Assembly (NCBI GenBank): GCA_002083775.1
Contig: MTEI01000006.1
Coordinates: forward strand, 62,321-126,320
Direction of reading: 5' to 3'
Length of the DNA stretch: 64,000 bases
Source of the DNA: Rhodoferax ferrireducens
GTDB lineage: Bacteria; Pseudomonadota; Gammaproteobacteria; Burkholderiales; Burkholderiaceae_C
Of this stretch, positions 15,116-24,553 are shown in pieces. Under the pieces are notes generated by a model that was not told where the DNA came from, ran no database searches, and saw only the letters and a program-made list of their open reading frames with translations. Every line of letters begins with the position of its first letter. Position 1 is the stretch's first letter. Both the position numbers and the translations under genes were made by a program.

Positions 15116-17227
15116 ATGAACAGCGGCAACCTGGATTTGACCGCCTGGAGCGGTGGCCTGGCTGGGTTTTTTTACGCTGTATTTGCGCTGCGTCTGCTGC
15201 AGGCCGGGTACCTCCAGCGCCCACGCGAAGCCTCCAAAATAGCGGTGCTGGCCGCCGTGGCGCTGAGCGCCTTGTGGGGCGTAGCCTCCCTGATGCTGGT
15301 GCTTAACCCATCGCCCGCAACTTGGCTACTGACCACGCTGGCAGACCAGTTGCGTTACGCCGCTTGGTTCGCATTTTTGCTGACGCTGCTGCGCACCAAT
15401 CGCCCTGCCAAGGGCATGAGCGGTACCAGCAGCTTGTTGATCTGGGCCGTGATGCTGGCGGCCGCGGGTCCACTGGCGCTGGGTCTGGCCGTGCTGGATG
15501 TAGGCGCTCTGGGTGACCCGGCGCGCTGGATTTTGTTCAGTGCCATGGCCATGCCGGTGTTTGCGCTGGTACTGCTGGAACAAGTGTTTCGCAACGCCAC
15601 CGAAGATTCGCGCTGGAACATCAAGCCCTTGTCGCTTGGTCTGGCTGGGGCGTTCCTGTTTGATTTGTACCTGTTTTCACAAGCCGTCCTGTTCAACCGC
15701 CCGGATGACGATGCGTTGAGTATTCGCGGCGGGGTGCACGCACTGATGATGCCGCTGCTGCTGCTGTCGAGCACCCGGCGCAGCGACTGGATTGCCAAGA
15801 TTCAGCTCTCGCCCAAGGCGGCGTTCCACTCGGCCACGCTGCTGATGGCGGGCATTTACCTGATTTTTATCTCGGGCGTAGGTTATTACGTGCGCTACTT
15901 TGGGGGAGAGTGGGGGCGTGCGCTGCAGCTGGGGCTGGTGGTGTTTGCCCTGATTCTGCTGGTGATATTGGCGCTCTCGGGCACCATCCGCGCGAAGCTG
16001 CGCATTTTCCTGGGCAAACATTTTTTCCGTTACCGTTATGACTACCGCGAAGAGTGGCTCAAGTTCACCCGCGCCCTCTCAGCCCAAAATTCCCCCCAAG
16101 CGCTGGGTCAGCAAGTGGTGCGCGGCCTGGCCGAAATGGTGGAAAGCCCCGGCGGCGGCTTGTGGTTGCGCGTCAAAGGCGAGCCCGCCTTCACCCAGAC
16201 CGCGCGCTGGAACATCGGGCAGGCAGATGACAAAGAAGCCATCGACTCGCCCATGTGCCAATACCTGGCCGATGGCGGCAAGCTGATCAATCTGGAAGAC
16301 TACCGGTCATTTTCCCGGCGCTACGGCTCGCTCAAGATTCCGGTCTGGCTGCAGGAACTCCCCCAAGCATGGCTGGTGGTGCCGTTGATGGTGGGCAGCG
16401 AACTGATCGGTTTTATGGTGCTAGCCAGCGCACGCACACCGTTTGAAGTGAACTGGGAGGTCAATGATCTGCTCAAAACCGCCAGCCAGCAGGCGGCCAG
16501 CTACCTGGCACAAATGCAGGCCACCGAGGCCTTGCTGGAAGTGCGCAAGTTTGACGCCTTCAACAAGATGTCGGCGTTTGTAGTGCATGACCTGAAAAAC
16601 ATCGTCACCCAGCTCTCGCTGATGATGAAAAACGCCAAACGACTCAGCGGTAACCCCGAGTTTCAGCAGGACATGCTGATGACGGTTGAAAACTCATTGG
16701 AGCGCATGCGCCAGCTGATGCTGCAACTGCGCGAGGGTGCCACCCCGCCGGGCAAGGCATTTGGTGTCAACTTGAGCGCCATCATCACGCGGGTGCAAGC
16801 GGTGGCTGCTGCACGCGGGCGCACCCTGGAAGTCGAGGCCGTTGAGTCGATCAACGCGCGCGGGCATGAAGAGCGTCTGGAGCGCATCATTGGCCACGTG
16901 GTGCAAAATGCTTTTGATGCCACCGACCCTAGTGGGCACGTATGGCTCTGGCTGGAGCGAGCTGGCGGCCAAGCCCGCATTGTGGTGAAAGACACGGGCC
17001 AGGGCATGACGCAGGACTTCATCCGGGAGCGGCTTTTCAAGCCTTTTCAGACCACCAAGCAGGCGGGTATGGGTATTGGTGCGTATGAAAGTTATCAGTA
17101 TGTGCAGGAATTAGGTGGCAAGATTGAGGTTCAGAGCGAAGTCAACCAAGGAACCACTGTGACGCTGTTGTTGCCGTTGTTTGAAACCCAGAAGACCTCC
17201 GATCTTCATTCCGTGGAAAGTGCATGA
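15116..17227 (+). CDS. prsK: XrtA/PEP-CTERM system histidine kinase PrsK
   Basis: ~8 N-terminal TM helices, a GAF-like middle region, H-box FVVHDLKNIVTQLSL, and ATPase motifs (VVQNAFDAT, KDTGQGM, GMGIGAYE). It is followed with a 4-nt overlap by a sigma-54 activator and a TPR lipoprotein. Confidence 0.85.
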   Translation: MNSGNLDLTAWSGGLAGFFYAVFALRLLQAGYLQRPREASKIAVLAAVALSALWGVASLMLVLNPSPATWLLTTLADQLRYAAWFAFLLTLLRTNRPAKGMSGTSSLLIWAVMLAAAGPLALGLAVLDVGALGDPARWILFSAMAMPVFALVLLEQVFRNATEDSRWNIKPLSLGLAGAFLFDLYLFSQAVLFNRPDDDALSIRGGVHALMMPLLLLSSTRRSDWIAKIQLSPKAAFHSATLLMAGIYLIFISGVGYYVRYFGGEWGRALQLGLVVFALILLVILALSGTIRAKLRIFLGKHFFRYRYDYREEWLKFTRALSAQNSPQALGQQVVRGLAEMVESPGGGLWLRVKGEPAFTQTARWNIGQADDKEAIDSPMCQYLADGGKLINLEDYRSFSRRYGSLKIPVWLQELPQAWLVVPLMVGSELIGFMVLASARTPFEVNWEVNDLLKTASQQAASYLAQMQATEALLEVRKFDAFNKMSAFVVHDLKNIVTQLSLMMKNAKRLSGNPEFQQDMLMTVENSLERMRQLMLQLREGATPPGKAFGVNLSAIITRVQAVAAARGRTLEVEAVESINARGHEERLERIIGHVVQNAFDATDPSGHVWLWLERAGGQARIVVKDTGQGMTQDFIRERLFKPFQTTKQAGMGIGAYESYQYVQELGGKIEVQSEVNQGTTVTLLLPLFETQKTSDLHSVESA

Positions 17228-18582
17228 CCTCAGAAAAATCTCGCCCATTGATGATCGTTGAAGACGATCTGGCGCTGCAAAAGCAGATCAAGTGGTCACT
17301 GGACCGCTTTGAGACGGTCACCGCCAGCGACCGCGAGAGTGCGCTGCTGCAGTTGCGCAAGAGCCTGCCTGCCGTGGTGACGATGGACCTGGGCCTGCCG
17401 CCCGATGCAGATTCGGTGTCGGAAGGCTTCAAGCTGCTGGAACAGATCATGGCGTTTGACCCCGACATCAAGGTCATCGTACTCACCGGCCAGAACGACC
17501 AGACCAACGCCCTGCGCGCCGTCGCCATGGGCGCTTATGATTTTTTTGCCAAGCCGTTTGAGCCGGAGTTGCTGAACCTGACGGTGGAGCGCGCTTTCCG
17601 GCTGTTTGAACTACAGGCTGAAAACAAGCGCCTGCGCGCCCTGCACCAGCCCGACGCGCTGGCTGGCCTAACCACCCGCGACCCGATGATGATGCGCATC
17701 TGCCGCACCATCGAAAAAGTGGCCAGCAGCAACGCCACCATCATGCTGCTGGGTGAAAGTGGCACCGGCAAGGAAGTGCTGGCGCGCGGATTGCACCAGA
17801 CCTCACCGCGGCGGGCCGAGAAGTTTGTGGCCATCAACTGCGCCGCCATCCCCGAAAACCTGCTGGAAAGCGAACTCTTTGGCTACGAGAAAGGCGCTTT
17901 TACCGGCGCTGCCAAGACCACGTTGGGCAAGATCGAGACGGCCAATGGCGGCACCTTGATGCTGGATGAAATTGGCGATTTGCCCTTTCAGTTACAGGCC
18001 AAGCTGCTACGTTTTTTGCAGGAACGCACCATTGAGCGCGTGGGTGGCCGGCAAGAGATCGCGGTGGATGTGCGCATCATCTGCGCCACGCATCAAGACC
18101 TGATGGCATTGGCCAAGGAAAACAAGTTTCGCGAAGACCTGTATTACCGGCTGGCCGAAATTGTGGTCAACATCCCTCCGCTGCGCGAGCGCGTGGGCGA
18201 CTCAGCCTTGCTGGCGCACGCCTTTGCGCGCAGGTTTGCCCAGGAGCAAAACCGCAGCTCCCTGACGCTGAGCGACGATGCGGTCAAGGCCATTGAGCAG
18301 CACACCTGGCCCGGCAACATCCGCGAGCTGGAAAACTGCATCAAACGCGCCGTGATCATGGCCGATGGCAACCAGATCACCCGTGAAGATGTGGGCCTGC
18401 GCCCCGCCAGCGACGCGCTCGACACGTCGCTGGACTTGCGCGTGATCCGTGACAACGCTGAAAAAACCGCTATTCTGGCGGCTCTTGGCCGGGTCAATGG
18501 CAATGTACTCAAGGCCGCCGAGTTGCTTGGCGTGAGCCGCCCCACGCTGTACGATTTGATGCACCGGCTCGGGTTGAAATAG
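17224..18582 (+). CDS. prsR: PEP-CTERM-box response regulator PrsR (REC + sigma-54 AAA+ activator + HTH)
   Basis: REC domain (VVTMDLGLPPD). AAA+ motifs GESGTGKE, ESELFGYEKGAFTGA and RVGG. C-terminal Fis-type HTH AAELLGVSRPTLYDLM. Confidence 0.9.
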   Translation: MTSEKSRPLMIVEDDLALQKQIKWSLDRFETVTASDRESALLQLRKSLPAVVTMDLGLPPDADSVSEGFKLLEQIMAFDPDIKVIVLTGQNDQTNALRAVAMGAYDFFAKPFEPELLNLTVERAFRLFELQAENKRLRALHQPDALAGLTTRDPMMMRICRTIEKVASSNATIMLLGESGTGKEVLARGLHQTSPRRAEKFVAINCAAIPENLLESELFGYEKGAFTGAAKTTLGKIETANGGTLMLDEIGDLPFQLQAKLLRFLQERTIERVGGRQEIAVDVRIICATHQDLMALAKENKFREDLYYRLAEIVVNIPPLRERVGDSALLAHAFARRFAQEQNRSSLTLSDDAVKAIEQHTWPGNIRELENCIKRAVIMADGNQITREDVGLRPASDALDTSLDLRVIRDNAEKTAILAALGRVNGNVLKAAELLGVSRPTLYDLMHRLGLK

Positions 18583-18619
18583 GTCCGTCTTTCCAATAAG
18601 TTCCATTCAGGGGTTGATC

Positions 18620-21394
18620 ATGTCTTTCAAAAAATATCCAACGCGCGCGGCACTGTCTGCACTGCTGATGTCTTTGCTGCTGGTAGCCTGTGGCGACAAG
18701 CCCGAGGCCATGATCAGCTCTGCCAAAGACTATCTGGCCAAAAATGACAGCAAGGCGGCCGTCATCCAGATCAAGAACGCGCTGCAAAAAAACCCCGACA
18801 TGCCCGAAGCCCGCTATCTGCTGGGCAAAACGCTGCTGGACCAGGGTGATGCCGTAGGGGCTGAGACCGAGCTACGCAAGGCCTTGGCGCTCAACTACCC
18901 AGCAGACCCCGTCTTGCCGCTGCTGGCCAATGCGCTGCTGGCGCAGGGTCAGGCCAAGAAACTCACTGAAGAGTTTGGCAAAGTCACCCTGACCGACCAA
19001 ACCGCCCAAGGCGGCTTTTTGACCAGCCTGGCAACGGCCTACGCGGCACAGGGCCAGACAGAACCAGCGCAAGCGTCACTTGATGCTGCATTGGCCGCCA
19101 CACCAGACTACGCGCCAGCCAAGCTGATTCAGGCGCGCCAAAAAGGGGGCCAGCGCGACTTTGACGGTGCGCTGGCGCTGGCTGAAGAGATCATTGCCAA
19201 GACACCAGACAGCTTCGATGCCTGGAAGCTCAAGGGTGACCTGCTGCGCTACGCCAAAAATCAGCCCACTGAGGCGCTAGCGGCCTACCGCAAGTCGGTA
19301 GAGATCAAGCCAGACTTTATGGCGGGCCAGGCCGCCGTGGTCACCTTGTTGCTGCAACAAAACAACCTGACCGATGCGGCCAGCCAGATGGAGCAGCTGA
19401 AAAAAGTCGCCCCCAACCATCCGCAAACCAAATTCCTTCAAGCCAATCTGGCCTACCAGCAAAAAGACCTGAAGTCTGCGCGCGAGCTGGTTCAGGAGGT
19501 CATGAAAGCAGCACCCAACAACGTGCAGGGTTTGCAGTTGGCTGGCGCCATTGAGCTGCAGCTCAACGCCCCGGTGCAGGCTGAAGCCTATTTGAGCAAG
19601 GCATTGCAAGCCGCGCCAGGCCTGCCGCTGGCCCGGCGCTTGCTGGTCATGACGTATTTGCGTACTGGTCAGCCCGACAAAGCCCTGGCCACCCTGAAAC
19701 CCGGCCTGACCGGCGACAACATCGACCCCGGCCTCTACCCTGTGGCGGGTGAGGTCTATCTGCAAAACAATGACGTCAAAAAGGCGGAAGAATATTTCAC
19801 CAAGGCATCCCAGCAAGACCCCAAAAACGCCAGAAACCGCACATCATTGGCGTTGACGCACATGATCGGCGGGCGTGTGGACAGCGCCTTTGATGAGCTG
19901 CAAGACATCGCCGCCTCAGACACTGGCACCACTGCCGACATGGCCTTGATCAGCGCCCATCTGCGCCGCCAAGACCTGGACAAAGCCCTGAAAGCCATTG
20001 ACGGCCTAGAGAAAAAACAGCCTGACAAACCCCTGGCCGCCAACCTGCGCGGGCGCGTGCTGCTGGCCAAGCGTGACGTGGCGGGCGCACGCAAGAGCTT
20101 TGAGCGTGCCTTGCAGATTGACCCGATGTTTTTCCCGGCGGTAGCCAGCCTGGCCGGGCTGGACCTGGCCGACAAAAAACCGCAGGATGCCAAAGCCCGC
20201 TTTGACGCCGTGCTGGCCAAAGACCCCAAAAATGCCCAGGCCCTGCTGGCGCAAGCCGAGTTGGCCGCCCGCTCTGGCGCCACCAAGGAAGAAGTGGGCA
20301 AACTGATCACCAACGCCGTCAGCGCCAACCCGACTGAAGCGGCGCCGCGCCTGCTGCTGATCGATTTCCACCTGCGCAACAAAGACCTGAAACAAGCCAC
20401 CTCTGCCGCGCAGGACGCGGTAGCCGCCCTGCCCGACAACCCGGAAGTGCTCGATGCACTCGGCCGTACCCAGCAAGCCGCAGGTGAATTTAACCAAGCC
20501 ATTGCCAGCTACAACAAGTTGGCTGGCATGCAACCCCTGTCCCCCCAGCCCTATTTGCGCCTGGCCGATGTGCACATGGCCAACAAAGACAAGACCGCTG
20601 CCGCTGCCAGCCTGCGCAAGGCGCTGGACATCAAACCCGACCTGCAGCAAGCCCAACGCGGCACCATCCTGCTGGACATGGACGGCAAAAACATCCCTGG
20701 CGCGCTTGCCACCGCCAAAACCATGCAAAAACAGGATCCAAAAGGTGCAGTGGGTTATGTGCTGGAAGGCGACATCAACGCCTCGCAAAAAAACTGGGAC
20801 GCAGCTGCCAGCGCCTACCGGACCGGCCTGAAGCAAGTCACCTCAGCTGAGTTGGCCGTCAAACTGCACTTGGTGTTGCAGGTGGCAGGCAAAACGGCAG
20901 AAGCCGAAAAATTTTCAGCTACCTGGCAACGCGAACAGCCCAAAGACGCCAGCTTTCTGCTGTACTTGGGTGACGGTGCCATTGCCAGCAAAGACTACGC
21001 TGGCGCCGAAAAACTTTACAGCCGGGTGACCCAGCTGCAGCCCGACAAAGCAGTTGCCTTTAACAACCTAGCCTGGGTCACTGCCCGACTGAACAAGGAT
21101 GGCGCTATCGCCCTGGCCGAAAAAGCCAACGCACTCGCCCCGAATCAACCGGCATTCATGGACACTCTGGCGGTGCTACTGTCAGACAAGGGCGAATACG
21201 CCAAAGCACTGGAGGTGCAAACCAAAGTGGTCAACCTGCAGCCGCAAAACCCGGTGTTCAAGCTGAACCTAGCCAAGATTCACATCAAGGGCGGCAAGAA
21301 GGACCTGGCCCGGGTGCAACTGGATGAGCTGAGCAAGCTGGGGGACAAGTTTGCGGGGCAGAAAGAGGTGACGGAGTTGATGCAGGGGTTGTGA
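18620..21394 (+). CDS. prsT: PEP-CTERM system TPR-repeat lipoprotein PrsT
   Basis: Lipobox LLLVAC at the N-terminus (start taken at ATG 18620). ~920 aa of consecutive TPR units. Synteny after prsK-prsR. Confidence 0.85.
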   Translation: MSFKKYPTRAALSALLMSLLLVACGDKPEAMISSAKDYLAKNDSKAAVIQIKNALQKNPDMPEARYLLGKTLLDQGDAVGAETELRKALALNYPADPVLPLLANALLAQGQAKKLTEEFGKVTLTDQTAQGGFLTSLATAYAAQGQTEPAQASLDAALAATPDYAPAKLIQARQKGGQRDFDGALALAEEIIAKTPDSFDAWKLKGDLLRYAKNQPTEALAAYRKSVEIKPDFMAGQAAVVTLLLQQNNLTDAASQMEQLKKVAPNHPQTKFLQANLAYQQKDLKSARELVQEVMKAAPNNVQGLQLAGAIELQLNAPVQAEAYLSKALQAAPGLPLARRLLVMTYLRTGQPDKALATLKPGLTGDNIDPGLYPVAGEVYLQNNDVKKAEEYFTKASQQDPKNARNRTSLALTHMIGGRVDSAFDELQDIAASDTGTTADMALISAHLRRQDLDKALKAIDGLEKKQPDKPLAANLRGRVLLAKRDVAGARKSFERALQIDPMFFPAVASLAGLDLADKKPQDAKARFDAVLAKDPKNAQALLAQAELAARSGATKEEVGKLITNAVSANPTEAAPRLLLIDFHLRNKDLKQATSAAQDAVAALPDNPEVLDALGRTQQAAGEFNQAIASYNKLAGMQPLSPQPYLRLADVHMANKDKTAAAASLRKALDIKPDLQQAQRGTILLDMDGKNIPGALATAKTMQKQDPKGAVGYVLEGDINASQKNWDAAASAYRTGLKQVTSAELAVKLHLVLQVAGKTAEAEKFSATWQREQPKDASFLLYLGDGAIASKDYAGAEKLYSRVTQLQPDKAVAFNNLAWVTARLNKDGAIALAEKANALAPNQPAFMDTLAVLLSDKGEYAKALEVQTKVVNLQPQNPVFKLNLAKIHIKGGKKDLARVQLDELSKLGDKFAGQKEVTELMQGL

Positions 21395-21477
21395 GGCTGT
21401 CGATTTTTTTTACAATTTTGGTTTTTCTTCCTCGATTTGATGTGAAAAACCGATGCAAATCAGCAAGTTGTCCATAT

Positions 21478-21494
21478 CGGCACGAAAAGTGCTT
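21478..21494 (+). promoter_or_regulatory. Sigma-54 (-24/-12) promoter candidate upstream of the Tat-protein/PqqD/kinase/NTase cassette
   Basis: cGGCACGaaaagTGCtt matches TGGCACG-N4-TTGCW in GGCACG, spacing and TGC. It lies ~108 nt upstream of GTG 21601 and downstream of the sigma-54 activator gene prsR. Confidence 0.5.
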
Positions 21495-21600
21495 AGTCCA
21501 TCAGAAATCAGCGGTTGCTCGGCATACCTAGCGCCCAGTCCGATTTGAGGTTTTCTTTTTTGAATGAAGTCGCTTATATCGGCGATGCAAAGGAACGGAT

Positions 21601-22218
21601 GTGAGTGATAAAAATTCCCAAATCGATGAGAAAATTTCTGTGAAAGAAAAGCTTTCACCACCCTCGTTAGAGCGTCGCCGTGCTCTTTTTAGAGGTGCAG
21701 GAAAAGGGGCTGCCGTCTTAGGGGCAGTCGTGCCGTTGCATACATTGGCAGGCGAAACTCTGCTGACATTTGATGGCAAACACCATTGCAGTATTTCTGG
21801 CATGCATTCCGGCGTCCACTCTAAAACGCCCACCAATTCACCCGTGTGCGGGGGCTACAGCCCAGGTTGGTGGGGGCAAGTTGAGAACGGAAGCAATCCA
21901 CCAGCGCCGAGAAGAACCTGGCCAGCTCTTCCAGGTGGTCTAACTTACAACTCGCCGACAATAGACACCTTTTCAAAACATACGCTAGCAAACAATCCAA
22001 CACTGTTTCAGGTGATGGCTAGCTCGTTGCCAGGCACGAACTATTCAAGCACCGATGAATTTCACTGGATTTGTGCTTGGTTAAACGCGCTCTCCAATAG
22101 TTTTAACTTTCCCTATACAGGCGACCAAGTGTTGGGTTTCTATCGGTCGGCAATTCCTGGTGTTTACGATGACGCCTTGAAATTCTTCAGTGACTATATG
22201 GAGACACACACTCCTTGA
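21601..22218 (+). CDS. Hypothetical secreted protein with a twin-arginine (Tat) signal; family not recognised
   Basis: GTG start 5 nt after AAGGAA. SLERRRALFRGAGKGAAVLGAVVPLHTLA|GE is a Tat-type signal. The mature part carries HHCSISGMHSGVHS, CGGYSPGWWGQ and WICAWLNA. Low-GC codon usage. Confidence 0.55.
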   Translation: MSDKNSQIDEKISVKEKLSPPSLERRRALFRGAGKGAAVLGAVVPLHTLAGETLLTFDGKHHCSISGMHSGVHSKTPTNSPVCGGYSPGWWGQVENGSNPPAPRRTWPALPGGLTYNSPTIDTFSKHTLANNPTLFQVMASSLPGTNYSSTDEFHWICAWLNALSNSFNFPYTGDQVLGFYRSAIPGVYDDALKFFSDYMETHTP

Positions 22219-22272
22219 AGCAGCTAGGGCCTAGGGGTTACTGATGCCCCAGAGAATCAACTTCTTGTTCGC

Positions 22273-22551
22273 ATGTTGTGGCGGCTGAACTCACTCGTCA
22301 AGCTCAGTTGGCGGCATTGGCAAAATGAATGGGTGGTTTTTGATGCGGGGTCAGGTCATACCCACCAGATGGATGCCCTTACGGCGGCCACCTTGATGAC
22401 GGTCGAAGCAGGGGAACTGGAAATGTCGGAACTGGTTACCCAAGTCTCTCAGACCGTGTCCATCGAGTTAAATCCAGAACTTGCCCTTACTGTCCAGGAA
22501 ATCCTTGGCCGATTGGTGGCAGTGGGTTTGGTTACTTCGACCTGCGAATGA
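22273..22551 (+). CDS. PqqD-family protein (RiPP-recognition-element-like; HPr-rel-A system type)
   Basis: 92 aa. W..W....VVFDAGSGHTHQMDALTAATLM...ELVTQV...VQEILGRLVAVGLV follows the PqqD pattern. Confidence 0.75.
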   Translation: MLWRLNSLVKLSWRHWQNEWVVFDAGSGHTHQMDALTAATLMTVEAGELEMSELVTQVSQTVSIELNPELALTVQEILGRLVAVGLVTSTCE

Positions 22552-23465
22552 CATTGTCAGAATTGAGCTTGGCTGAAGTCAAGTCCAGGCTTTGCGGTAC
22601 TGGCCTCGTCATTCGCACCGGGTCCTTCATCTTTCGTATTCAGTCCCGTATCCCATCTATAGCAGACGGTTTAGCGTTGCTCTATCCGGAATACCCGTTG
22701 TTAGCCGACGATCAATTTGTTGACTTTACTGTCGCCTTGTCACCAAGTGCTGGCATACGGCGATGGTGGCGGTCTCAAGTAAGGTTCGTGTATGACGGGG
22801 AAAGTCCCTTTGCCATGCTGCCGATTGACCATGCCTTTCCACTGATGGAATGGGCTATGAACTGGTGCATCTCTACCCAAGCCCACCACTACTTGACGCT
22901 ACACGCAGCTGTGATCGAGAAGGGTGGGCATGCCGTGATCATGCCAGCACCGCCCGGCTCTGGAAAGAGCACCTTGTGTGCTGCCTTGATCCATCGGGGC
23001 TGGCGTTTGCTGTCCGACGAGTTGGCGCTGATCTCACTCACCAACGGTATGCTCACACCCTTGGTCCGGCCGGTTAGTTTGAAAAACCAGTCGCTTCAGG
23101 TGATACAGACATTTGCCCCGGAATCGATCTTGAATCAGGTTACACACGACACATCCAAAGGCTCAGTCAGCCACATGAAGGTCCCCGTGAACCACGTGCG
23201 ACGCATGAACGAGTTTGCAAAACCCCGTTGGGTCGTTTTCCCGAAATACCTGTCAAATGCGCCTGCACGGCTGAGCTCCCGACCCAAAGCCAACAGCATG
23301 CTGGAATTGGGGCGTAATTCATTCAATTACACGGTTCATGGGCAAACGGGCTTTGAACTCCTTGCGGATGTGGTCTCCAACAGCGATTGTTATGACTTCA
23401 GTTACAGCCAGTTGGATGACGCTGTCGCGGTATTCGACGACCTCGCCGCTAACGCAGTGTCATGA
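22548..23465 (+). CDS. HprK-related kinase A (HPr-kinase-like P-loop serine kinase)
   Basis: 4-nt overlap with the PqqD-like gene. LHAAVIEKGGHAVIMPAPPGSGKSTLCAALIHRGWRLLSDELALI is an HPr kinase C-terminal-type P-loop region. Confidence 0.8.
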   Translation: MTLSELSLAEVKSRLCGTGLVIRTGSFIFRIQSRIPSIADGLALLYPEYPLLADDQFVDFTVALSPSAGIRRWWRSQVRFVYDGESPFAMLPIDHAFPLMEWAMNWCISTQAHHYLTLHAAVIEKGGHAVIMPAPPGSGKSTLCAALIHRGWRLLSDELALISLTNGMLTPLVRPVSLKNQSLQVIQTFAPESILNQVTHDTSKGSVSHMKVPVNHVRRMNEFAKPRWVVFPKYLSNAPARLSSRPKANSMLELGRNSFNYTVHGQTGFELLADVVSNSDCYDFSYSQLDDAVAVFDDLAANAVS

Positions 23466-24553
23466 CGCAAGACCTTTTGTCCAGAATTTGGGCGCATGAG
23501 AATTCACAACCTCTCTTCACGCTTAGGGAGTGGGAAGTGGTGCTTGGGCAGGCGCGCCAAGCACGGCTGCTGGGTCGCTTGGCCCAGCACCATGTCGATC
23601 ACGGTTGGATGTCACATGTGCCTGAACAGCCCAAGCTCTACCTTGAAGGCGCTCTGCGGCTGCTGGACCGACAGCATTACGAAGTGCAATGGGAAGTCAA
23701 CTGCATTGAACGCGCTCTGGAACGGGTTTCTTGCCCCGTCGTGATGCTTAAGGGTGCGGCTTATTTTGTGGCTGCATTGCCGCCCCGCCTGGGTCGACTC
23801 TTTTCGGATGTTGACATCATGGTGCCGCAGACGTTCCTGCCGCAAGTGGAAGGGGCCTTGTTTAGGGCAGGCTGGCTCAGCAACGAGCAAGATGCCTACA
23901 ACCAACGCTATTACCGCGTTTGGATGCACGAGATCCCGCCCCTGAAGCACGTCCAGCGCCAAACCGTGATTGATGTCCACCACACCATCACGCCGCCGAC
24001 GTCGCGCTTCAAGGTCGACGGCAGGATGCTTTTGGAAAAAATTCAATCTGTTGCCGGTTCTGAGCTGCTCTTCGTTCTGTCGCCTGCCGACATGGTGTTG
24101 CACAGCGCTGTCCACTTGTTCCAAGAAGGAGAGTTTGAACGAGGTCTGCGCGATCTGCTAGACCTCAAAGACTTGTTACAGCACTTTTCCAGGCAATCAG
24201 ATTTCTGGCTGTCACTGTTTGACCGGGCAGACCAACTTGGCCTGCAAATTCCGTTGTTTCATGCGTTATTTCACATCCAGCGCTTGTTTAGCTATGCGGC
24301 ACCGGAAAAATTCCAAAAACGCATCGCGCACCTTGCACCACCTGCTCCCGCGCGGGTGGTGATGGCGTGGCTTCTTGAACTGGCGTTGCGGCCTGCGCAC
24401 CCAAGCTGCAACACCCGCTGGACGGGTCTGGCGCGCTGGCTCTTGTATGTCCGATCACACGCATTGCGAATGCCTATGCATCTGGCGATACCGCATTTGA
24501 TTCGTAAGGCCTGGATGCAGCGTTTCCCAAATCCGAAAGAAACTCAGCCTTAG
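23462..24553 (+). CDS. Uncharacterised nucleotidyltransferase (NTP_transf_5-like)
   Basis: 4-nt overlap with the kinase gene. VMLKGAAYFVAALPPRLGRLFSDVDIMVP...VIDVHHTITPP matches the family's G-x...SDxD and H-H motifs. Confidence 0.7.
   Translation: MTQDLLSRIWAHENSQPLFTLREWEVVLGQARQARLLGRLAQHHVDHGWMSHVPEQPKLYLEGALRLLDRQHYEVQWEVNCIERALERVSCPVVMLKGAAYFVAALPPRLGRLFSDVDIMVPQTFLPQVEGALFRAGWLSNEQDAYNQRYYRVWMHEIPPLKHVQRQTVIDVHHTITPPTSRFKVDGRMLLEKIQSVAGSELLFVLSPADMVLHSAVHLFQEGEFERGLRDLLDLKDLLQHFSRQSDFWLSLFDRADQLGLQIPLFHALFHIQRLFSYAAPEKFQKRIAHLAPPAPARVVMAWLLELALRPAHPSCNTRWTGLARWLLYVRSHALRMPMHLAIPHLIRKAWMQRFPNPKETQP

Noticed and set aside
21395-21420. T-rich stretch after prsT (cgattttttttac), considered as a rho-independent terminator.
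   Set aside because: No stable GC-rich stem precedes the T-run, so it is not called as a terminator. It is noted only as one of the two boundary direct repeats.
21453-21548. 31-aa ORF (MQISKLSISARKVLSPSEISGCSAYLAPSPI) between prsT and the Tat-protein gene, considered as a possible RiPP precursor for the PqqD-like protein.
   Set aside because: It has no convincing Shine-Dalgarno sequence. It overlaps the sigma-54 promoter candidate, so most of it would not be transcribed from that promoter. It has no recognisable leader/core organisation. It is worth re-testing only if conserved in other genomes.
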